Positions 11,812 through 21,787 of a stretch of DNA of 47,650 bases are shown piece after piece (the stretch's first letter is position 1; each line of letters opens with the position of its first letter). Below the pieces are notes generated by a model, which was given only the letters and a program-made list of their open reading frames with translations, had not been told where the DNA came from and made no database searches. Position numbers and translations under genes: made by a program. The DNA is from an uncultured Burkholderiaceae bacterium (lineage in GTDB: Bacteria; Pseudomonadota; Gammaproteobacteria; Burkholderiales; Burkholderiaceae_F), in the NCBI GenBank assembly GCA_964353935.1, contig CAYGXL010000001.1, positions 1 to 47,650 on the forward strand, read 5' to 3'.

Positions 11812-12312
11812 ATGGAGGAGACGATGACGACAGTGACCGTGGCGGATTTGGACATCGCACTCCGCCGGCAACCCCTGATGCGGGAGTTCACGCCGGCCCA
11901 GTTCGACCAGTTGATGAGCATCGCCGAACTGATGGACTTCGAGCCCAATGAAGTCATCCACCGCGAGGGCGACGAAAGCGACAAGCTCTTCCTGGTCGTC
12001 CGCGGGCACGTGGCGATCGAACTGGCCGGGCGCCTCGAGGTGCTGCGGGTCGAGACTGTCGGTCCGGGCGGCGAGTTCGGGTGGTCGTCGATGCTGCAGG
12101 GAGCGGGCCGCTACTTCCAGTCGCGCGCGCTCGACGGCGTCCAGGCCCTCGCGTTCGACGCCGCCGACCTGCGCCAGATGTGCGAGGAAGACCCGCGGTT
12201 CGGATACGCCCTGATGACGCGGCTGCTGGCCGTCGTCGCCGAGCGCCTGCAGGCCACGCGGCTGCAGATCGTCGACATGCACTGGACGCCCGCGAAGCGC
12301 GCCGGCGCGTAG
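11812..12312 (+). CDS. stand-alone cyclic-nucleotide-binding (cNMP/Crp-type beta-barrel) domain protein
   Basis: About 166 aa. The region FEPNEVIHREGDESDKLFLVVRGHVAIE...GPGGEFGWSSM...RALDGVQALAFD fits the cNMP-binding fold, with no HTH region following. The start is ATG 11812 or ATG 11824. Confidence 0.7.
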   Translation: MEETMTTVTVADLDIALRRQPLMREFTPAQFDQLMSIAELMDFEPNEVIHREGDESDKLFLVVRGHVAIELAGRLEVLRVETVGPGGEFGWSSMLQGAGRYFQSRALDGVQALAFDAADLRQMCEEDPRFGYALMTRLLAVVAERLQATRLQIVDMHWTPAKRAGA

Positions 12313-12402
12313 TTCGAGCACGTCGACGGCCGAGGGGATCGCGGACCGGCATCGTCCGCGGCCCGGTCCGTCGACGGCGGATCGGCCCCTTAGACTCCGC
12401 GG

Positions 12403-13359
12403 ATGGTCACGCGGAGTGCGTTGCATCCCCCGATCGAGCCGTTCGACAGCGGCATGCTGCCGCTCGACGACGTGCACACGATGTACTGGGAGGCGTCCGG
12501 CAAGCCTGACGGCGTTCCGGTGCTGTTCCTGCACGGCGGTCCCGGCGGCGGTTCGTCCCCCGAGCATCGGCGCTTCTTCGACCCGACGTTCTTTCGCGCG
12601 GTGCTGTTCGATCAGCGCGGTGCGGGAGCGTCGACGCCGGTGGGCGAAACGATCGGAAACACCACGCAGCAGCTGATCGACGACATCGAGCGCCTGCGGG
12701 AGTACCTCGGCATCGAGCGCTGGCTCGTCTTCGGCGGATCCTGGGGCAGCACGCTCGGCCTGGCGTACGGGCAGGCGCATCCCTCGCGCTGCCTGGGATT
12801 CCTGCTGCGCGGCATCTTTCTCGGTCGGCCGAGCGAAATCGACTGGTTCCTGCATGGGCTGAAGAACGTCTTCCCGGAGGCGTGGCACAAGTTCGCCGGG
12901 ATGCTGCCGCCGGACGAGCGCCGGGACCTGCTGCGTGGCTACCTGAAACGGCTGTTCGACCTGGACCCGCGGGTGCACCTGCCGTATGCGCGCGCGTGGA
13001 GCGAGTACGAGGGCACCTGCTCGACGCTGCTGCCGAATCCGGAGCTCGTTCGTCACTTCACCGAGGAGGCGCTCGGGCTCGCGAGGCTGGAGGCGCATTA
13101 CTTCGCGCACGAGTGCTTCCTCGGCCCCAATGAACTGCTGGGCCGGATCGACCGCATCCGCCACCTGCCGGCGTCCATCGTGCAGGCGCGCTACGACATG
13201 GTGTGCCCGATCGTGAACGCCGACGACCTCGCGCGTGCGTGGCCCTCGGCCCGCTACGTGATCGTTGCCGACGCGGGGCACTCGGTGTGGGAGCCGCCGG
13301 TGCGCGCGGCGGTGATCGCCGAACTCGAACACCTCAAACACCACCTGATGGAGGCCTGA
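12403..13359 (+). CDS. pip: prolyl aminopeptidase (proline iminopeptidase)
   Basis: 318 aa. The motifs HGGPGGG, FDQRGAGAS and GGSWGSTL (nucleophile elbow) are canonical Pip signatures. Confidence 0.9.
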   Translation: MVTRSALHPPIEPFDSGMLPLDDVHTMYWEASGKPDGVPVLFLHGGPGGGSSPEHRRFFDPTFFRAVLFDQRGAGASTPVGETIGNTTQQLIDDIERLREYLGIERWLVFGGSWGSTLGLAYGQAHPSRCLGFLLRGIFLGRPSEIDWFLHGLKNVFPEAWHKFAGMLPPDERRDLLRGYLKRLFDLDPRVHLPYARAWSEYEGTCSTLLPNPELVRHFTEEALGLARLEAHYFAHECFLGPNELLGRIDRIRHLPASIVQARYDMVCPIVNADDLARAWPSARYVIVADAGHSVWEPPVRAAVIAELEHLKHHLMEA

Positions 13360-14147
13360 TGCCACGCTTTGCCGCGAACATCAGCACGCTGTATCCCGAA
13401 CATCCGCTGCCCGATCGCATCGGCGCCGCGGCTCGTGACGGCTTCGCCGCGATCGAAGTCCAGTCCCCGTATGCGGTCGGAGCACCCGAGTTGCGGCGCG
13501 CGCTGAACGAAGCCCGGACGCAACTGGTCCTGATGAACGCCCCGCAAGGCGACATGGACGCGGGGGAGCGCGGCCTGGCCGCGCTGCCGGGCCGCGAAGC
13601 GGAGTTCGAGGCGTCGATCGCCGAGGCCGTCGACTACGCCCGGGCCGTCGAGGCGCCGCGCGTGCACGTGATGGCAGGCAAGCCCGCCGCAGGAACGAAC
13701 CCCGCGGAAGCGGAGCGCGCTTTCGTGCGGAACCTGCAGCGCGCCTGCGCGGCCTTTGCGCCTCACGGCATCCGCGTGATGATCGAGCCGATCAACACGC
13801 GCGACATGCCGGGCTACTTCCTGACGATTCCCGAGCAGGCCGAGGCGATCATCGCGCGCGTCGGCGCGGCCAACCTGGCGCTGCAGTTCGACGTCTATCA
13901 CGCGCAGATCATGGTCGGCGACGTGTCGAAGCGCATCGAACGCCTGTTCCCCCGGATCGGCCACGTCCAGATCGCGGGTGTCCCGGAGCGCCACGAGCCG
14001 GACACCGGGGAGGTCAACTACCCCGCGGTGTTCCGCTTGCTGGACCGACTCGGCTACGCGGGCTGGGTCGGATGCGAGTACCGCCCGGCGCGCGGGGCGT
14101 CGCCTGGCGGGACGTCGGCCGGACTGGGCTGGCTGCGCCGCGGCTGA
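13359..14147 (+). CDS. hydroxypyruvate isomerase-family TIM-barrel protein (Hyi/OtnI-like)
   Basis: ATG 13359 overlaps the pip stop (TGATG). The segments MPRFAANISTLY...FAAIE...VHVMAG...IEPIN...FDVYHAQI...HVQIAG...GWVGCEYRP match the Hyi family pattern. Confidence 0.8.
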   Translation: MPRFAANISTLYPEHPLPDRIGAAARDGFAAIEVQSPYAVGAPELRRALNEARTQLVLMNAPQGDMDAGERGLAALPGREAEFEASIAEAVDYARAVEAPRVHVMAGKPAAGTNPAEAERAFVRNLQRACAAFAPHGIRVMIEPINTRDMPGYFLTIPEQAEAIIARVGAANLALQFDVYHAQIMVGDVSKRIERLFPRIGHVQIAGVPERHEPDTGEVNYPAVFRLLDRLGYAGWVGCEYRPARGASPGGTSAGLGWLRRG

Positions 14148-14267
14148 TCCGCTGGGTCGTCGCGCGTATCGGGCGCTTGGCGTCGCCTCCCGGCGAGGCT
14201 ACGATGCCCCTCCAGTTCAACCGCCGCGCGGCCCCTCCGGTTCCTCGCGCGCGCCGAGGAGGCACCG

Positions 14268-14720
14268 ATGAAAGTCGCCGACATACTGCGAGTCAAGGGC
14301 AACGCCCTGTTCACGGTGACGCCGGACACGCCGCTTTCGCACGCGTTGGCGATGATGGCCGAGCAGGACATCGGCTCGGTGGTCGTGATGGAGTACGGCG
14401 AACTGGTTGGCATGCTGACCTTTCGCGAGGTCATCAACCGCGTCCACGCCAACGACGGTGCCGTCGGCGACATTCGCGTGCGCAAGGTGATGGACGACTC
14501 GCCGCTGACCATCACGCCGGCGACCGACGTGATGGAGGTGCGGCGGCTGATGCTCGAGCGGCATGCGCGCTACCTGCCGGTGCTCGACGGCCGCACGCTG
14601 GCCGGTGTCATTTCCTTCTATGACGTCGCCCGGGCGGTGCTCGAGGAGCAGAGCTTCGAGAACCGCATGCTCAAGGCGTACATCCGCGACTGGCCCGAGC
14701 CCGAGGAGGCGCGGTCCTAG
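14268..14720 (+). CDS. CBS-pair domain protein
   Basis: 150 aa with two CBS repeats (VADIL...GSVVVMEYGELVGMLTFREV and VRKVM...RYLPVLDGRTLAGVISFYDV). GAGGAGG lies upstream of the ATG. Confidence 0.8.
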   Translation: MKVADILRVKGNALFTVTPDTPLSHALAMMAEQDIGSVVVMEYGELVGMLTFREVINRVHANDGAVGDIRVRKVMDDSPLTITPATDVMEVRRLMLERHARYLPVLDGRTLAGVISFYDVARAVLEEQSFENRMLKAYIRDWPEPEEARS

Positions 14721-15730
14721 TGCGCCCCGGTTCCGCCGGACCGCTGCCCGACGGCTTCCGGGTTGCTGTTGTCGGCGCCGGCGTTTCCGGCCTCATCTGC
14801 GCGAGCACGCTGAAGGTGCGGGGCGCGCACGTCGTCGTCTTCGAATCCGCCCGCCGCCCCGGCGGCCGCGCCGCCACCGAGATCACGCCGGCCGGCAGCT
14901 TCGACCACGGTACCCAGTTCTTCACGGCGCACAGCGCCGATTTCGACGGGCTCGTATCGGAGTGGTGCGGCGATGGGCTGGTCCAGCCGTGGACGGCGCA
15001 GGTGATCGAGGTCGAGGGAGAAGGTGCGGTGGACAAGACCGCATCGGCCCGGCGCTACATCGTCCGCGAGGGCATGCAGGCGCTCGGCCGCAGGCTGGCG
15101 GCCGATGTCGACGTGCGGTTCGACGTCATGGTCGCGTCCGTGACGAAGCAAGGCAATTCGTGGCATCTGCTCGATGCGCAGGGCAAGAGCCTCTCGCATG
15201 GCGGCTACGACGCGGTCGTGCTGGCGGTTCCGCAGCCGGCCGCGCTTCTCGGCGCCGCCCCCGAACTGGCCCGGCGCGCGAAGCAGATCGTCTGGCAGCC
15301 TTGCTGGGCGGCGTTGCTGGCGATCGAGCCGGCGAGCGGTTTCGATTTCGGCGGCGCCTTCGTCAATGATCATCCGGCACTCGCGTGGGTCACGCGCGAG
15401 GAGTCGAAGCTCTCGCCGCGGTCGGCGCTCGGCGAGCGCTGGGTGTTGCATGCGACGCCCCGGTGGTCGGCGCTGCATCTGAATCACTCCGTCGACGACG
15501 TCGCCGCCACGCTCGCTGGCGCGTTCGCGAGCCGCTTCAACTTCAGTTTCCGGCCCGCGTTCCTGACCGCGCGGCGCTGGCTCACCGCCACGCCTGCGAA
15601 TCCGCTGAAGCAGGCTTTCCTGTGGGACCCGACCCTGCGCATCGGCGCGGTCGGCGACTGGTGCGGCGGCCCGCGGCTCGAGGGCGCCTTCATGTCGGGC
15701 CGCTCGCTTGCACAGGCCATCAGCGCGTAG
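14720..15730 (+). CDS. NAD(P)/FAD-dependent oxidoreductase (renalase-like, amine-oxidase fold)
   Basis: GTG 14720 overlaps the CBS gene stop (TAGTG). The Rossmann motif is VAVVGAGVSGL...VFESARRPGGR. 336 aa. Confidence 0.7.
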   Translation: MRPGSAGPLPDGFRVAVVGAGVSGLICASTLKVRGAHVVVFESARRPGGRAATEITPAGSFDHGTQFFTAHSADFDGLVSEWCGDGLVQPWTAQVIEVEGEGAVDKTASARRYIVREGMQALGRRLAADVDVRFDVMVASVTKQGNSWHLLDAQGKSLSHGGYDAVVLAVPQPAALLGAAPELARRAKQIVWQPCWAALLAIEPASGFDFGGAFVNDHPALAWVTREESKLSPRSALGERWVLHATPRWSALHLNHSVDDVAATLAGAFASRFNFSFRPAFLTARRWLTATPANPLKQAFLWDPTLRIGAVGDWCGGPRLEGAFMSGRSLAQAISA

Positions 15731-15755
15731 CCGCTCGCGCCGCGAACCCCGATAA

Positions 15756-17690
15756 TTGTGCTGCGCCCGGGGAGGGCGGGGAGTGGAGTTGAGCGCGGGA
15801 AGCCAGTTCGACCTGTTGCGGCAGCGGCGATTCGCGCCGCTGTTCTGGGTGCAGTTCCTCGGCGCGGCGAACGACAACGTCTTCAAGTTCGCGTTCACAC
15901 TGCTCGCCACATACGGCGCGTCGAGCTGGGGCGGCGTGGACGCGAGGCTGGCAGGATTCCTGATCGGGGGCCTGTTCATCGCGCCCTTCGTGCTCTTCTC
16001 CGCGACGAGCGGCCAGCTGGCGGATCGCCTCGAGAAGTCCTGGCTCATCCGCCGGGTGAAGGAAGCGGAAATCGTGATCATGCTGATCGCCGCGGCCGGG
16101 TTCCTGCTGCAGGTGCCGGCGCTGCTGTACCTCACGGTCTTCCTGATGGGGCTGCACTCGACCGTGTTCGGCCCGGTCAAGTACTCCTACCTGCCGCAGC
16201 ACCTCGACACGCACGAGATCACGGGCGGCAACGGGCTGGTGGAGATGGGGACTTTCGTCGCCATCCTCTTCGGGACGATCGGCGGCGGCTTGCTGATCAA
16301 CCAGTTCGGGCCGAGCGGTGCCGCCGCCACCGCTGCGGCGGTCCTCGTCATCGCGGTGCTCGGCCGTGCCGTGGCTCAGTTGGTTCCGCTGTCGCCCGCC
16401 GCGGACCCGAGCCTGCGGATCAACTGGAATCCGATCACCGAGACCACGGCCAACCTCCGGATCGCGCACTCGAGCCCCGCGGTGTTCAACTCGATCCTCG
16501 GCATTTCGTGGCTCTGGTTCTTCGGCTCGATCTTCCTGACCAGCTTCACGCCGTTCGCGCGCGAGAACCTCGGCGGCGACGAGGGCGTGGTCACGTTCCT
16601 GCTCGCGGTGTTCTCGTTCGGCATCGGCACCGGCTCGCTGGTGACCGAGCGGCTGTCGGGTCGCAAGGTGGAGATCGGCCTCGTGCCGCTGGGATCGATC
16701 GGCATGACCGTGTTCGCCGTCGACCTCTATTTCGCTTCGCGCGGCTTCGCGGCGATGCAGGGCGCGACGCTCGTCGAGTTCCTCCGCCACGACGGCGCCT
16801 GGCGCATCGCGTTCGATCTCGCCGCGCTGTCGTTCTTCGGCGGCCTGTACTCGGTGCCGCTCTACGCCCTGATCCAGAGCCGCGCCGAGAAGACGCACGT
16901 CGCGCGCATCGTCGCAGCCAACAACATCCTGAACGCGTTGTTCATGGTGACGGCGTCACTGATGGCGGCGGCGCTGCTCTCCGCGGGACTGACGATCCCG
17001 CAGCTGTTCCTGGTCACCGCCGTCCTGAACGCCGCCGTGGCGGCCTACATCTATCGCCTCGTGCCGGAGTTCCTGCTGCGCTTCGTCGCCTGGGTCCTTG
17101 CCCACACGCTGTACCGGGTGCGGTCGATCGAGACGGACCGCATCCCGGAGCAGGGCGCGGCCGTGCTGGTGTGCAACCACGTCAGCTTCGTCGACGCGAT
17201 CGTCATCATGGGCGAGAGCCCGCGGCCGATCCGCTTCGTGATGGACCACCGGATCTTCAGGGTTCCGTTGATGAACTGGTTCTTCCGGAACGCCAAGGCG
17301 ATCGCGATCGCGCCCGCGAAGGAGGATCCGACGATGCTGGAGAAGGCCAACGTGCGCATCGACGCGGCGCTCGCCGACGGCGACCTCGTCTGCATCTTCC
17401 CGGAAGGACGGATCACCGACACCGGCGAGATGTACCCGTTCAAGCAGGGCGTCGCGCGGATCGTCGAACGCAATCCCGTGCCCGTGATCCCGATGGCGCT
17501 GCGCGGCCTGTGGGGCTCGTTCTTCTCGCGCTTCGGCGGCGCCGCGTTCTCGCGGCCGATCGACGCGCGCCTGCGCCGCGGACTGCGGTCCAGGGTCGAG
17601 TTCATCGTCGGCGAACCGGTTCCGGCGGCACAGGCCTCGCCTGAGCTGTTGATGCAGCGCGTCGCGGAACTTCGGGGCAGCGAACGCTGA
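15756..17690 (+). CDS. fusion protein: MFS (LplT-like lysophospholipid transporter) + PlsC-type acyltransferase domain
   Basis: The N-terminal ~400 aa form a 12-TM MFS domain ([21 protein letters not shown]). The C-terminal ~220 aa carry the acyltransferase motifs NHVSFVD (HX4D) and FPEGR. The start is uncertain; GTG 15783 is preceded by a purine-rich stretch. Confidence 0.8.
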   Translation: MCCARGGRGVELSAGSQFDLLRQRRFAPLFWVQFLGAANDNVFKFAFTLLATYGASSWGGVDARLAGFLIGGLFIAPFVLFSATSGQLADRLEKSWLIRRVKEAEIVIMLIAAAGFLLQVPALLYLTVFLMGLHSTVFGPVKYSYLPQHLDTHEITGGNGLVEMGTFVAILFGTIGGGLLINQFGPSGAAATAAAVLVIAVLGRAVAQLVPLSPAADPSLRINWNPITETTANLRIAHSSPAVFNSILGISWLWFFGSIFLTSFTPFARENLGGDEGVVTFLLAVFSFGIGTGSLVTERLSGRKVEIGLVPLGSIGMTVFAVDLYFASRGFAAMQGATLVEFLRHDGAWRIAFDLAALSFFGGLYSVPLYALIQSRAEKTHVARIVAANNILNALFMVTASLMAAALLSAGLTIPQLFLVTAVLNAAVAAYIYRLVPEFLLRFVAWVLAHTLYRVRSIETDRIPEQGAAVLVCNHVSFVDAIVIMGESPRPIRFVMDHRIFRVPLMNWFFRNAKAIAIAPAKEDPTMLEKANVRIDAALADGDLVCIFPEGRITDTGEMYPFKQGVARIVERNPVPVIPMALRGLWGSFFSRFGGAAFSRPIDARLRRGLRSRVEFIVGEPVPAAQASPELLMQRVAELRGSER

Positions 17691-17766
17691 GGGCCGGGTG
17701 TCGAGCGTTCGGATTGCCCTGGGTTTCCTGCAGGGTGCGTCGGCGACCCTCGTACAATCCGTCGCC

Positions 17767-18870
17767 ATGTCCTCCACGCTCGGCCATCTCTTCCGCGTCA
17801 CCAACTTCGGCGAATCGCACGGCCCGGCGATCGGCTGCGTGATCGACGGCTGTCCGCCGGGGCTGCCGCTGTCGGCCGCCGACCTGCAGCCCGATCTCGA
17901 CCGGCGCCGGCCGGGCACGTCGCGCCATGTGACGCAGCGGCGCGAGTCCGACGAGGTCGAGATCCTCTCGGGCGTCTACGAAGGCGTGACGACCGGCACT
18001 CCCATCGCGCTGCTCATTCGCAACGCGGACCAGCGCAGCAAGGACTACGAGAACCTCCTCGACACATTCAGGCCCGGGCACGCGGACTACACCTACTGGC
18101 GCAAGCACGGCCTGCGCGACCCGCGCGGTGGTGGACGCTCGTCGGCCAGATTGACGGCGCCGATGGTCGCCGCCGGCGCGGTGGCGAAGAAGTGGCTGCA
18201 GGCGACGCACGGCACGCGCGTTCGCGGTTGCATGGAGCAGATCGGCGAGGTCGTCATTCCCTTCATGAACTGGGACGACGTCGAAGGCAACCCGTTCTTC
18301 GCGCCGGATGCCGGGTCGGTCGCCGAACTCGAGGCATACATGGACGCGCTGCGAAGGAGCGGCGACTCGGTCGGCGCGCGGTTGCGCGTCACCGCGAGCG
18401 GAGTTCCGGTCGGCCTCGGGGCACCGCTTTACGACAAGCTCGATGCCGACATCGCTTACGCGATGATGGGCATCAACGCGGTCAAGGGCGTCGAGATCGG
18501 CGCCGGCTTCAATGCGGTGACGCAGAAGGGCTCCGAGCACGGCGACGAACTGCTGCCCGACGGCTTCGCCACCAATCACGCCGGTGGCGTGCTCGGCGGC
18601 ATTTCGACCGGGCAGGACATCGAGGTCTCGATCGCGATCAAGCCGACGTCGAGCATTCGCCTGCCGCGCCGTTCCATCGATCGCGCGGGCGAACCGACCG
18701 TCGTCGAAACGCACGGCCGCCACGATCCCTGCGTCGGAATTCGCGCCACGCCGATTGCCGAGGCCATGCTGGCGCTGGTGCTGATCGACCACGTGCTGCT
18801 GCATCGCGCGCAGAACGCCGACGTGCGGCACGATGTCCCGCCGATCCCGGCGGCCTCGCGCTCCCGCTGA
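17767..18870 (+). CDS. aroC: chorismate synthase
   Basis: The segments [41 protein letters not shown] and GRHDPCV are canonical AroC. ATG at 17767. Confidence 0.93.
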   Translation: MSSTLGHLFRVTNFGESHGPAIGCVIDGCPPGLPLSAADLQPDLDRRRPGTSRHVTQRRESDEVEILSGVYEGVTTGTPIALLIRNADQRSKDYENLLDTFRPGHADYTYWRKHGLRDPRGGGRSSARLTAPMVAAGAVAKKWLQATHGTRVRGCMEQIGEVVIPFMNWDDVEGNPFFAPDAGSVAELEAYMDALRRSGDSVGARLRVTASGVPVGLGAPLYDKLDADIAYAMMGINAVKGVEIGAGFNAVTQKGSEHGDELLPDGFATNHAGGVLGGISTGQDIEVSIAIKPTSSIRLPRRSIDRAGEPTVVETHGRHDPCVGIRATPIAEAMLALVLIDHVLLHRAQNADVRHDVPPIPAASRSR

Positions 18871-20093
18871 TGTCGAATCGCGCCGCGGCTCCCGACCCCG
18901 CCGGTCGGCGGCTGGGGATGTTCTTCGGCGCGTACTTCGCGCTGGTCGGGATCCTCGGGCCGTACATGCCGCTGTACTTCGAGCAGCGCGGCCTGACGGC
19001 GGTGCAGATCGGCCTGCTGGTGGCGATGGCGCAGGCGATGCGGATGGTCGGGCCGAACCTGTGGGGCTGGCTCGCCGACCGTTCGGGGCACCGTACGCGC
19101 ATCCTGCGCACCACATCGCTCGCGCTCGTCGTGTCGTTCGCGCTGCTCTTCTTTCCCGGCGGCTTCGGCTTCGTGTTCGCCGCGATGGCGCTGGTGAACT
19201 TCTTCCAGACCGCGCAGATGCCGGTGGCCGAGGCGCTGGCGTCGGCGCAGTTGCGAGGGCAGGCCGACGCGGCGACCCGTTACGGCCGGTTGCGCGTGAT
19301 GGGTTCGATGGCGTTCGTTGCGGTCGTGCTTGCCTCGGGCCCATTGTTCGACCGCGTCGGGATGGAGGCCGCGCTGTGGGTGTGCATCGGGCTCGCGCTG
19401 CTGCTGCTCGGAGCGTCGTTCGGCGTGGTCGAGCAGCACGCCGTCGAATTGCCGCACGAGCGCGTGTCGGTGAGGGCGCGCCTGAGGGAGCCGCGCGTCC
19501 GCTGGTTCCTGGCGTCCGCCGCCCTGATGGTGTTCGCGCACGGCGCGCTTTACACCTATCTTTCGCTGTACCTCGCGCAGCTCGGCTACAGCAAGACGGC
19601 GATCGGAGCGTTCTGGGTCGTCAGCGTCGTGCTCGAGATCGCGTTCTTCCTCACGCAGGGCAAGTGGTTCGCGCGCTTCGGCGTGTTCCCGCTGATGATC
19701 TTCGCATTCGGGGTCGCCGCGGTCCGGTTCCTGCTGATTGCGGGATTGGCGACGGTGTGGTGGATCCTGGTGCTGGCCCAGGCGATGCACGCGGTAACGT
19801 TCGCGGTGCACCACAGCGCTTCCATATTGACGATCCAGCGCTGGTTCCCGGGACGGGCGGCGGCGCGGGGCCAGGCCCTCTACATCAGCATGGCGTACGG
19901 ACTCGGCGGTACGGTGGGCAGCCTGGTTGCCGCGTGGCTGTGGTCCGCCCTGGGTCCGTCCTGGGCCTTCGTCGCCGGCAGCGCGGGCGCCGTCCTCGGC
20001 TTCTGGGCGGCGGTGCGAACGCGACGAGCCGATCGCGACCGGGCGAAGCCGCACAGCGTGAACCTCGAACTCGACAGGAGTGTGAACGGATGA
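18870..20093 (+). CDS. MFS transporter (MFS_1_like / HcaT-type)
   Basis: ATG 18870 overlaps the aroC stop (TGATG). 407 aa with 12 TM helices. The N-terminus FFGAYFALVGILGPYMPLYF is typical of the HcaT-like subgroup. Confidence 0.75.
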   Translation: MSNRAAAPDPAGRRLGMFFGAYFALVGILGPYMPLYFEQRGLTAVQIGLLVAMAQAMRMVGPNLWGWLADRSGHRTRILRTTSLALVVSFALLFFPGGFGFVFAAMALVNFFQTAQMPVAEALASAQLRGQADAATRYGRLRVMGSMAFVAVVLASGPLFDRVGMEAALWVCIGLALLLLGASFGVVEQHAVELPHERVSVRARLREPRVRWFLASAALMVFAHGALYTYLSLYLAQLGYSKTAIGAFWVVSVVLEIAFFLTQGKWFARFGVFPLMIFAFGVAAVRFLLIAGLATVWWILVLAQAMHAVTFAVHHSASILTIQRWFPGRAAARGQALYISMAYGLGGTVGSLVAAWLWSALGPSWAFVAGSAGAVLGFWAAVRTRRADRDRAKPHSVNLELDRSVNG

Positions 20094-20917
20094 ATCGGAT
20101 CAGAGCGGCTGTCGCGGCCGCTGCGTTGTCAGTACTCGGCGTCGGCTGCCAGTCGGAACAGACGACCCAGGGCGGCGTCGTGGGCGTCGACCGCAAGCAG
20201 CCGATGACGTCGCTGGTCAGCGCGAAGGAAGTCGAGCAGCAGGCGTCGCAGGAGTATGCGCAGTTGATGGCGCAGGCGCAGAAGAAGGGCCTGCTGAACC
20301 AGAATCCGCAGCACGTCCAGCGGGTGCGGACGACGGCGCAGCGCCTGGTCCCGCACGTCAGCGCGTTCCGGCCGGACGCGCTGGACTGGAAGTGGGAAAC
20401 CAACGTGCTGACGTCGAAGGACGTCAACGCGTGGTGCATGCCTGGCGGAAAGATCGCGGTCTATACCGGCCTGATCGAGCGCCTGGACCTGACCGATGCC
20501 GAACTCGCGGCGGTGATGGGCCACGAGATCGCGCATGCGCTGCGCGAGCATGCGCGCGAACGGATCAGCCGCCAGATGGCGACGCAGACCGGAACGGCGA
20601 TCGGCGCCGTCGCGCTGGAGATCCTCACCGGCATCCGCATCGACCCGAACCTCGCCGGCACGGTGTCGCAGGCCGCGTTCGTGCTGCCGAACAGCCGCGA
20701 GGCCGAACAGGAGGCCGACCGCATCGGGGTCGAACTCGCCGCGCGCGCGGGGTATGACCCACGCGCCGCAGTGACCCTCTGGCAGAAGATGGCCAAGCTC
20801 GGCGGCAGCGCTCCGCCGCAGTGGCTCTCGACGCACCCGAGCAACGAAACGCGCCTGCAGGACCTCGAGGTCTACACGCAGAAGGTGATGCCGCTGTATC
20901 GCGCGGCGGTGCGGTAG
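20090..20917 (+). CDS. M48-family zinc metallopeptidase, probable lipoprotein
   Basis: ATG 20090 overlaps the MFS stop (ATGA). It has a signal sequence with a Cys (LSVLGVGC), the zinc motif HEIAHAL, and downstream EQEADRIG and STHPS motifs. Confidence 0.85.
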   Translation: MNRIRAAVAAAALSVLGVGCQSEQTTQGGVVGVDRKQPMTSLVSAKEVEQQASQEYAQLMAQAQKKGLLNQNPQHVQRVRTTAQRLVPHVSAFRPDALDWKWETNVLTSKDVNAWCMPGGKIAVYTGLIERLDLTDAELAAVMGHEIAHALREHARERISRQMATQTGTAIGAVALEILTGIRIDPNLAGTVSQAAFVLPNSREAEQEADRIGVELAARAGYDPRAAVTLWQKMAKLGGSAPPQWLSTHPSNETRLQDLEVYTQKVMPLYRAAVR

Positions 20918-20967
20918 CGCCTGTTGACGCCTGGATCGCCCATGCGCGAGCCAAGCGGTGACACGCG

Positions 20968-21639
20968 CTAGGCGATGACGAGGTCGGCGCGCGCCGTCTG
21001 CCGGGTGGCGCGGGCGAGCGGGTGCGCGTCCGGCGTGGCGGGACCGAAGCGCAACGTCAGCGCGGCCTGCTCGTCGGCGTTCAGGCGCGCAAACAGGAAG
21101 TCGGTCCGATTGCCCGGATCGTCCGGCAGGTAGAACTGCGTGGCGAGCACGCGCCCGTCGGCAGCCTGCACGCGGACGTGGATGTGCGGCGTGCGTCCGG
21201 GGTAGGCGACCGGACGAATCGTGCGGAAGTGAAAGGAGCCGCCGGCGTCCGTCGCGGCCACTCCGTAACCCTGGAAGTCGGGATCGCGCTGGGACTCGGC
21301 GCCGCCGTCCGGATGGTGATAGACGGCGAAGGCGTCGCACTGCCAGATCTCGACCGCGGCGTTGGCCACCGGGCCGCCGCGGCGGTCGAGGACCCGGCCG
21401 GTGAGGTACACCGGAATGCCCTGGGTCCGCACGCGATCGCCGTCCAGCCGCAGCAGGTCCGCATCGGTTTCGCGCGGCCGTTCGGACGCGCGGCGGGGAT
21501 AGAAGGGGCCGAGCGCCTGCGCCGGCGTGACACCGGCGGTCGGCCGGGCGCGCGCGAGCGGAAGCGCGACGGCACCGGCGATGCCGGCGACGAACAGGCG
21601 GCGCTCCATCGTGCTTCGATTGTTCTTGCGTTCGCTCAC
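20968..21639 (-). CDS. intradiol ring-cleavage dioxygenase-like protein with Tat-type signal
   Basis: 223 aa. The N-terminus ERRLFVAGIAGAVALP is Tat-like, and the core has GPFYP...VYLTGRV...GGPV..A.VEIWQCDA...YPGRTPHIHV, typical of the intradiol dioxygenase fold. The start may instead be the second Met at 21609. Confidence 0.7.
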   Translation of the reverse strand: MSERKNNRSTMERRLFVAGIAGAVALPLARARPTAGVTPAQALGPFYPRRASERPRETDADLLRLDGDRVRTQGIPVYLTGRVLDRRGGPVANAAVEIWQCDAFAVYHHPDGGAESQRDPDFQGYGVAATDAGGSFHFRTIRPVAYPGRTPHIHVRVQAADGRVLATQFYLPDDPGNRTDFLFARLNADEQAALTLRFGPATPDAHPLARATRQTARADLVIA

Positions 21640-21758
21640 TGGGCTAACCTCCGCGCTGCGCGCTCAAGTGGACCCCTCGCTCATCCTGCTGCCTGAGACA
21701 TGTTCGCGGGGCATTGCGTTCCGGATCGGCCGCGTCCGGATGGCATAATCGTTTCTGA

Positions 21759-21787
21759 CGCCGGGCCTTTTCCCGGCGCGATTTTTT
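21759..21787 (+). terminator. GC-rich hairpin plus T6 tract in the leuC 5' leader (candidate attenuator)
   Basis: A 7-bp stem CGCCGGG (21759-21765) pairs with CCCGGCG (21772-21778) around a 6-nt loop, followed by CGA and TTTTTT (21782-21787). The leuC ATG follows 5 nt later. No + strand gene upstream could need a terminator here. Confidence 0.4.

Noticed and set aside
10555-13365. 936-aa minus-strand ORF spanning metY, the cNMP-domain gene and pip.
   Set aside because: It is out of frame with metY and antisense to two well-supported + strand genes. Its composition is dominated by Arg, Ala, Gly and Pro with no recognisable motif. This is the typical stop-codon-poor shadow ORF of a high-GC genome.
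15758-17644. 628-aa + strand ORF one frame off from the LplT-PlsC fusion gene.
   Set aside because: It is Arg/Pro/Gly-rich with no TM pattern. The 15756 frame carries MFS helices and the HX4D and FPEGR motifs.
18192-20917. The long track ORFs 18192..20093 and 18833..20917 suggest 630-690-aa proteins.
   Set aside because: Their N-terminal halves are out-of-frame read-through of aroC and the MFS gene. The real genes start at internal ATGs (18870 and 20090) that overlap the preceding stops.
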